Of a DNA stretch of 64,000 bases, positions 57,457 to 64,000 are shown piece by piece. Made by a program: the position numbers and the translations under genes. Under the pieces are notes generated by a model. That model worked only from the letters and a program-made list of their open reading frames with translations, did no database searches and had not been told where the DNA came from. The first letter of the stretch is position 1. Every line of letters starts with the position of its first letter. Source of the stretch: Octopus vulgaris (Eukaryota); assembly GCA_951406725.2 (NCBI GenBank), contig OX597841.1, positions 9,486,001 through 9,550,000 of the forward strand. The letters run 5' to 3'.

Positions 57457-57538
57457 GTGGAGGTGAGCGAGGGATTGACGCGATGGACGCCTAATCCATC
57501 GGTGTCTCCCAACGTGAGTTCGAATCTCATGCTCGTCG
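57457..57538 (+). pseudogene. tRNA-Ser(GCT)-derived pseudogene
   Basis: 82 nt with anticodon stem atgga/tccat, long variable arm, T-arm gtgagttcgaatctcat, 3' end ctcgtcg and downstream tttt. Acceptor stem and anticodon loop are mutated. Confidence 0.75.
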
Positions 57539-57767
57539 ACTAACTTTTGAGACCGATGGAATAAGTATGAGATTGAAAAAAAAAAAAAAAAGATAAGTTC
57601 TGGGATTGCTTTGTTCGACCAAAACCCTTCGGGGCGGTGCCCCAGCATGGCCGCGGTCAAATGACTGAAACGAGTAAAACAAAAAAAGAAGAAAAGAGAA
57701 ACACGAAAAGATCGATTTATAAATCATCTTTATACATCGTAATCTTCAAATAGAAAATAAAATTTAA

Positions 57768-59466
57768 ACAAGAGCGCTCATGAGTTCAAACCTCGGCCAA
57801 GGCAACACCGACTCTCAACGAATAACCGGAGATGAGTTTTAAAATGATTCATATCTGAAAGAAACTCCACTGCTTTCACAAACGGGAATATTCTTTTCTA
57901 CTGTAGTCAAAAGGCCCGAAAATTTGGGGAGAAGGGGCCAGTCGATTAGATCAACACCAGTACGTCACTGGTACTAAATTTATCGATCCCGAAAGGATGA
58001 AAGGCAAAGTCGACCCCGGCGGAATTTGAACTCAGAACGTAAAGACAGACGAAATACTTATTTCTTTACTACCCACAAGGGGCTACACATTGAGGGGAAA
58101 AACAAGGACAGACATAGGTATTAAGTCGATTATACCGACCCCAGTGCGTAACTGGTACTTATTTAATCGACCTTGAAAGGATGAAAGGCAAAGTCGACCT
58201 CGGCGGAATTTGAACTCAGAACGTAAAGACAGACGAAATACTTATTTCTTTACTACCCACAAGGGGCTAAACACAGAGGGGAAAGACAAGGACAGACATA
58301 GGTATTAAGTCGGTTATATCGACCCCAGTGCGTAACTGGTACTTATTTAATCGACCTTGAAAGGATGAAAGGCAAAGTCGACCTCGGCGGAATTTGAACT
58401 CAGAACGTAAAGACAGACGAAATACTTATTTCTTTACTACCCACAAGGGGCTAAACACAGAGGGGAAAGACAAGGACAGACATAGGTATTAAGTCGGTTA
58501 TATCGACCCCAGTGCGTAACTGGTACTTATTTAATCGACCTTGAAAGGATGAAAGGCAAAGTCGACCTCGGCGGAATTTGAACTCAGAACGTAAAGACAG
58601 ACGAAATACTTATTTCTTTACTACCCACAAGGGGCTAAACACAGAGGGGAAAGACAAGGACAGACATAGGTATTAAGTCGGTTATATCGACCCCAGTGCG
58701 TAACTGGTACTTATTTAATCGACCTTGAAAGGATGAAAGGCAAAGTCGACCTCGGCGGAATTTGAACTCAAAACGTAAAGACAGACGAAATACTTATTTC
58801 TTTACTACCCACAAGGGGCTAAACACAGAGGGGAAAGACAAGGACAGACATAGGTATTAAGTCGGTTATATCGACCCCAGTGCGTAACTGGTACTTATTT
58901 AATCGACCTTGAAAGGATGAAAGGCAAAGTCGACCTCGGCGGAATTTGAACTCAGAACGTAAAGACAGACGAAATACTTATTTCTTTACTACCCACAAGG
59001 GGCTAAACACAGAGGGGAAAGACAAGGACAGACATAGGTATTAAGTCGGTTATATCGACCCCAGTGCGTAACTGGTACTTATTTAATCGACCTTGAAAGG
59101 ATGAAAGGCAAAGTCGACCTCGGCGGAATTTGAACTCAGAACGTAGCGGCAGACGAAATACGGCTACGCATTTCGCCCGGCGTGCTAACCATTCTGCCAG
59201 TTCCTCGCCGCCTTACAAATGAGAATTTTAAAAATGAATCCGACCGCTTTCAGAAATAAGGTAAGAAAATAAAAGACTGGAAAAACAATCCAGAATTGAA
59301 GTCCGATACCGGATTGATCCCAGAATCTAATCAGTTCGTGCCAGTCACGAGGCCAAACATCCCTGGAAGTTTCATCGGAATCCATCCAGTGGTTCCTTGA
59401 GATATCTTGTCCACTGCAAACGAACACGGCTGAAAGAGTACCTCTGCCTTGGCGGAGGCGGAGGTC
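57768..59466. mobile_element. Possible Helentron/DINE-like non-autonomous element hosting the SINE array
   Basis: Subterminal inverted motifs cctcggccaagg (about 57792) / ccttggcggagg (about 59447), the latter within a GC hairpin. Confidence 0.45.
57888..59213 (-). repeat. Tandem array of SINE family B bodies: six 184-bp units, one variant-tail body and a single head
   Basis: gaaata junctions at 58051, 58235, 58419, 58603, 58787, 58971 and 59155. Confidence 0.93.
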
Positions 59467-59779
59467 AAACTCGATGTCGACTACGAAGCCGCAATTTTCT
59501 TAATTGTCGACGTCTCCCGAGTTTGCTGCTGGTGATGATCCAGAACGACTGCTTTCGTTTTTCGACAGGTACACACGTAGAAAATAGAAGACGGTAGAGC
59601 ACCAGCCGTTGTGAGCACAGCCAGGATGAGGATGCTGCAATCATAATTGTTGCTATTGTATTCAGTCAGTAAATCTAGAAAAACAGAAGACAGAAACTGA
59701 ACGAAATCCACAAAAAACAGATTCATGGGACATTTTTTTTTATTATAGAGATTAAATCTGATTTTCTCGGTTTAGCGTA

Positions 59780-60388
<609 letters not shown>

Positions 60389-60482
60389 AACTAATTACTT
60401 TAGATTCATGTTACTAAAATTAAATATTCTAAATGACTCCTAACACTTGTCTTGCCTTGGTTTTGTTGCCATTTTCACTCTA

Positions 60483-62888
60483 ACATACACACACACATAC
60501 ATACACACATACATACATACATACACACACACATACATACATACATACATACATACATACATACATACATACATACATACATACATACATACATACACAC
60601 ACACATACACACATACATACACACATACGTACATACATACATTCATACATACATACACACACACATACACACATACATACACACATACGTACATACATAC
60701 ATACATACATACATACATACAAACATACAAACATACATACATACATACATATACACATACATACGGACATACATACATACATACAAACATACATACATAC
60801 ATACATACATACATACATAATAATAAATACATACATACATACATACATACATACATACATACATACATTCATACATACATTCGTAAGTACGTACGTACAT
60901 ACATACATACATACATGCATACATACATACATACATACATACACACATACATACATACACACACATACATACATACATACATACATACATACATACATAC
61001 ATGCATACATACATACATACATACATAATACATACATACATACATTCATACATACATTCGTAAGTACGTACGTACATACATACATACATACATGCATACA
61101 TACATACATACATACACACATACATACATACATACATACATACATACATACATACATACATACATACATACATACATACATACATACACACATACATACA
61201 TACACACACACACACATACATACATACATACATACATACATACATACATACATACATACATACATGCATACATACATACACACATACATACATACATACA
61301 TACATACATACATACATACATACATACATACATACATACATACATACATACATACATACATACACACATACATACATACATACATACATACATACATACA
61401 CACATACATACATACATACATACATACATACATACATACACATACATACATACATACATACATACATACATACATACATACATACATACATACATACATA
61501 CATACACACATACATACATACATACATACATACATACATACATACATACACACATACATACATACATACATACATACACACATACATACATACATACATA
61601 CATACATACATACACACATACATACATACATACATACATACACACATACATACATACATATACATACATACATACATACACACATACATACATACATACA
61701 TACATACATACATACACACATACATACATACATACACACATACATACATACATACATACATACATACATACATACATACATACATACATACATACATACA
61801 TACATACACACATACATACATACATACATACATACATACATACATACATACATACATACATACATACATACACACATACATACATACATACATACACATA
61901 CATACATACATACATACATACATACACACATACATACATACATACATACATACACACATACATACATACATACATACACACATACATACATACATACATA
62001 CACACACATACATACATACATACATATATACATACATACATACATACATACATACATACATACATACACACATACATACATACATACATACATACATACA
62101 CACATACATACATACATACATACATACATACATACATACACACATACATACATACATACATACATACATACACACATACATACATACATACATACACACA
62201 TACATACATACATACATACATACATACATACATACATACATACATACATACACATACATACATACATACATACATACATACATACATACATACATACATA
62301 CATACATACAAACATACACACATACATACATACATACATACATACACACATACATACATACATACATACATACATACATACATACATACATACATACATA
62401 CATACATACATACATACATACATACATACATACATACATACATACATACTTACATACATACACACATACATACATACATACATACACACATACATACATA
62501 CATACACACATACATACATACATACATACATACATACATACATACATACATACATACACACATACATACATACATACATACACACATACATACATACATA
62601 TATACATACATACATACATACACACATACATACATACATACATACATACATACATACACACATACATACATACATACATACACACATACATACATACATA
62701 CACACATACATACATACACACATACATACATACATACATACACACATACATACATACATACATACATACACACATACATACATACACACATACATACACA
62801 CACACACACATACATACATACACACACACACATACATACATACATAAATACATACATACATACATACACACACATACATACATACATA
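60483..62888. repeat. (TACA)n microsatellite of about 2.4 kb
   Basis: Direct inspection. Confidence 0.98.
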
Positions 62889-64000
62889 CAAAGTGTGTCA
62901 AAAAATTTGATATCGTTTCGCAATCTAATAACTTTGCCAGTTTTGTTCAAATGACTTCAAATTTTAACATTTTGTGTAGAAACGGGTTGAAATTTTATGT
63001 TTATTGTTTGATATGTTTATCTTTTCAAGTACAGAAATGGCATTCACTGGAAGAGAAAAGGCGTTTTGTGTGTTGGAGCGTGCATTTGTGAGAGAGTTCT
63101 CTAAAAAGTCACCAACGGCAATGCAGATTTGGACATGGCGCAAAAAGTTCAAAGAGGCAGGCTGCCTGTGCAGGGCAAAAGGATCTGGACGACCACTAAC
63201 ATCGGAAGAGATGGTCTTGCACGCCTGCCAAATACTCTTGCGAATCCCCAAGAAGAACTAAGTCTGGAAACCCAGATTCCTCCAACGACAGTTTGGCGCT
63301 TCCTGAGAAAACGCTTGCTTATGAAACCTTACAAGCTGCAGCTTGTTCAGGTCATAACAGCAGATGACAAGCAAAAGCGCCAACAATTCTCTGTTGATAT
63401 GCAAGAGAAACTTGATAAAGCTGAGTTCAAGAAACGTCTTGTTTTCAGTGCTGAGGCCACATTTCATCCGAATGGCAAAGTCAATAAGCATAAGGTTCAC
63501 ACTTAGGGCGAAGAAAATCCCATGCCACAATTGAGTATGAGAAGGACTCACCAAACGTGTTCTGCGCCATGTCCAAGAAGCATCTTCATCGCCCGTTTTT
63601 CTTTGAGGGAAATGTAACCGGCAATGTTTTGCTGTAAACGCTTCAGAATTGGTTAATGGATGAGATCTTTGCAAATGAACATGAAGACTTCTTTTTTCAA
63701 CAGGACGGGGTTCCACCTCACTAGAAACACAGTGTGGAAGACTTGTCTCATGAACAATCTACGAGGGAGATGGGTCGGGCGTGCTGGTGATTAAGAGAAT
63801 GTGATGTGGAAATGGCCGCCACGTTCATCTCACCTGACACCTTTCGATTGTTTTCTGGGGTTATGTGAAGGGCCTCTTCCTTCAAACATAGAGGAACTCG
63901 AGCATAGAACCACTACCGCACTGGAGACTGTTACCGAAGACATGCAACAACGTGTTTGGGAGGAGCTGCACTACCGACTTCATCCTGTCTCAGGTGATGC
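62889..64000 (+). mobile_element. Tc1/mariner-family transposon, decayed
   Basis: Starts after TA. MAFTGREKAFCVLE, KPYKLQLVQ, FSAEATFH, FQQDGVPPH, WPPRSSHLTPFD; contains stops and frameshifts. Confidence 0.85.

Noticed and set aside
51741-57530. 1929-aa Phe/Leu/Ser ORF
   Set aside because: Translation of the pyrimidine strand of the (GAAA)n tract.
57888-59213. Retrozyme-type tandem repeat with a hammerhead
   Set aside because: Size is suggestive, but no CTGANGA...GAAA core with pairing stems was found on either strand; the unit is a SINE body.

Overview
Repeat-saturated, AT-rich eukaryotic nuclear DNA, very probably an octopus (a mollusc-type nad1 NUMT reads open in the invertebrate mitochondrial code, and the SINE families look octopod). 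Nearly all listed ORFs are microsatellite artefacts. The only convincing host gene is the 5' part of a midnolin-like gene: a very long poly-Asn tract, then a ubiquitin-like domain, cut off by a 100-N gap. The rest is tRNA-derived SINEs, CR1- and RTE-type LINE remnants, mariner/Tc1 and hAT remnants, MITEs, a 70-bp satellite, multi-kb simple repeats, a tRNA-Ser pseudogene and the NUMT. The most notable hidden structure is a set of fold-back (palindromic) elements, mostly next to (TA)n. Their arms carry type I hammerhead ribozyme motifs (stem I-CTGANGA-stem II-GAAAC-NNNN-GTH-stem I), always reading outward from the palindrome centre. Further stand-alone hammerheads and decayed Penelope-like RT and GIY-YIG coding remnants lie in the same window. 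All calls were made by eye; no searches or folding programs were run.
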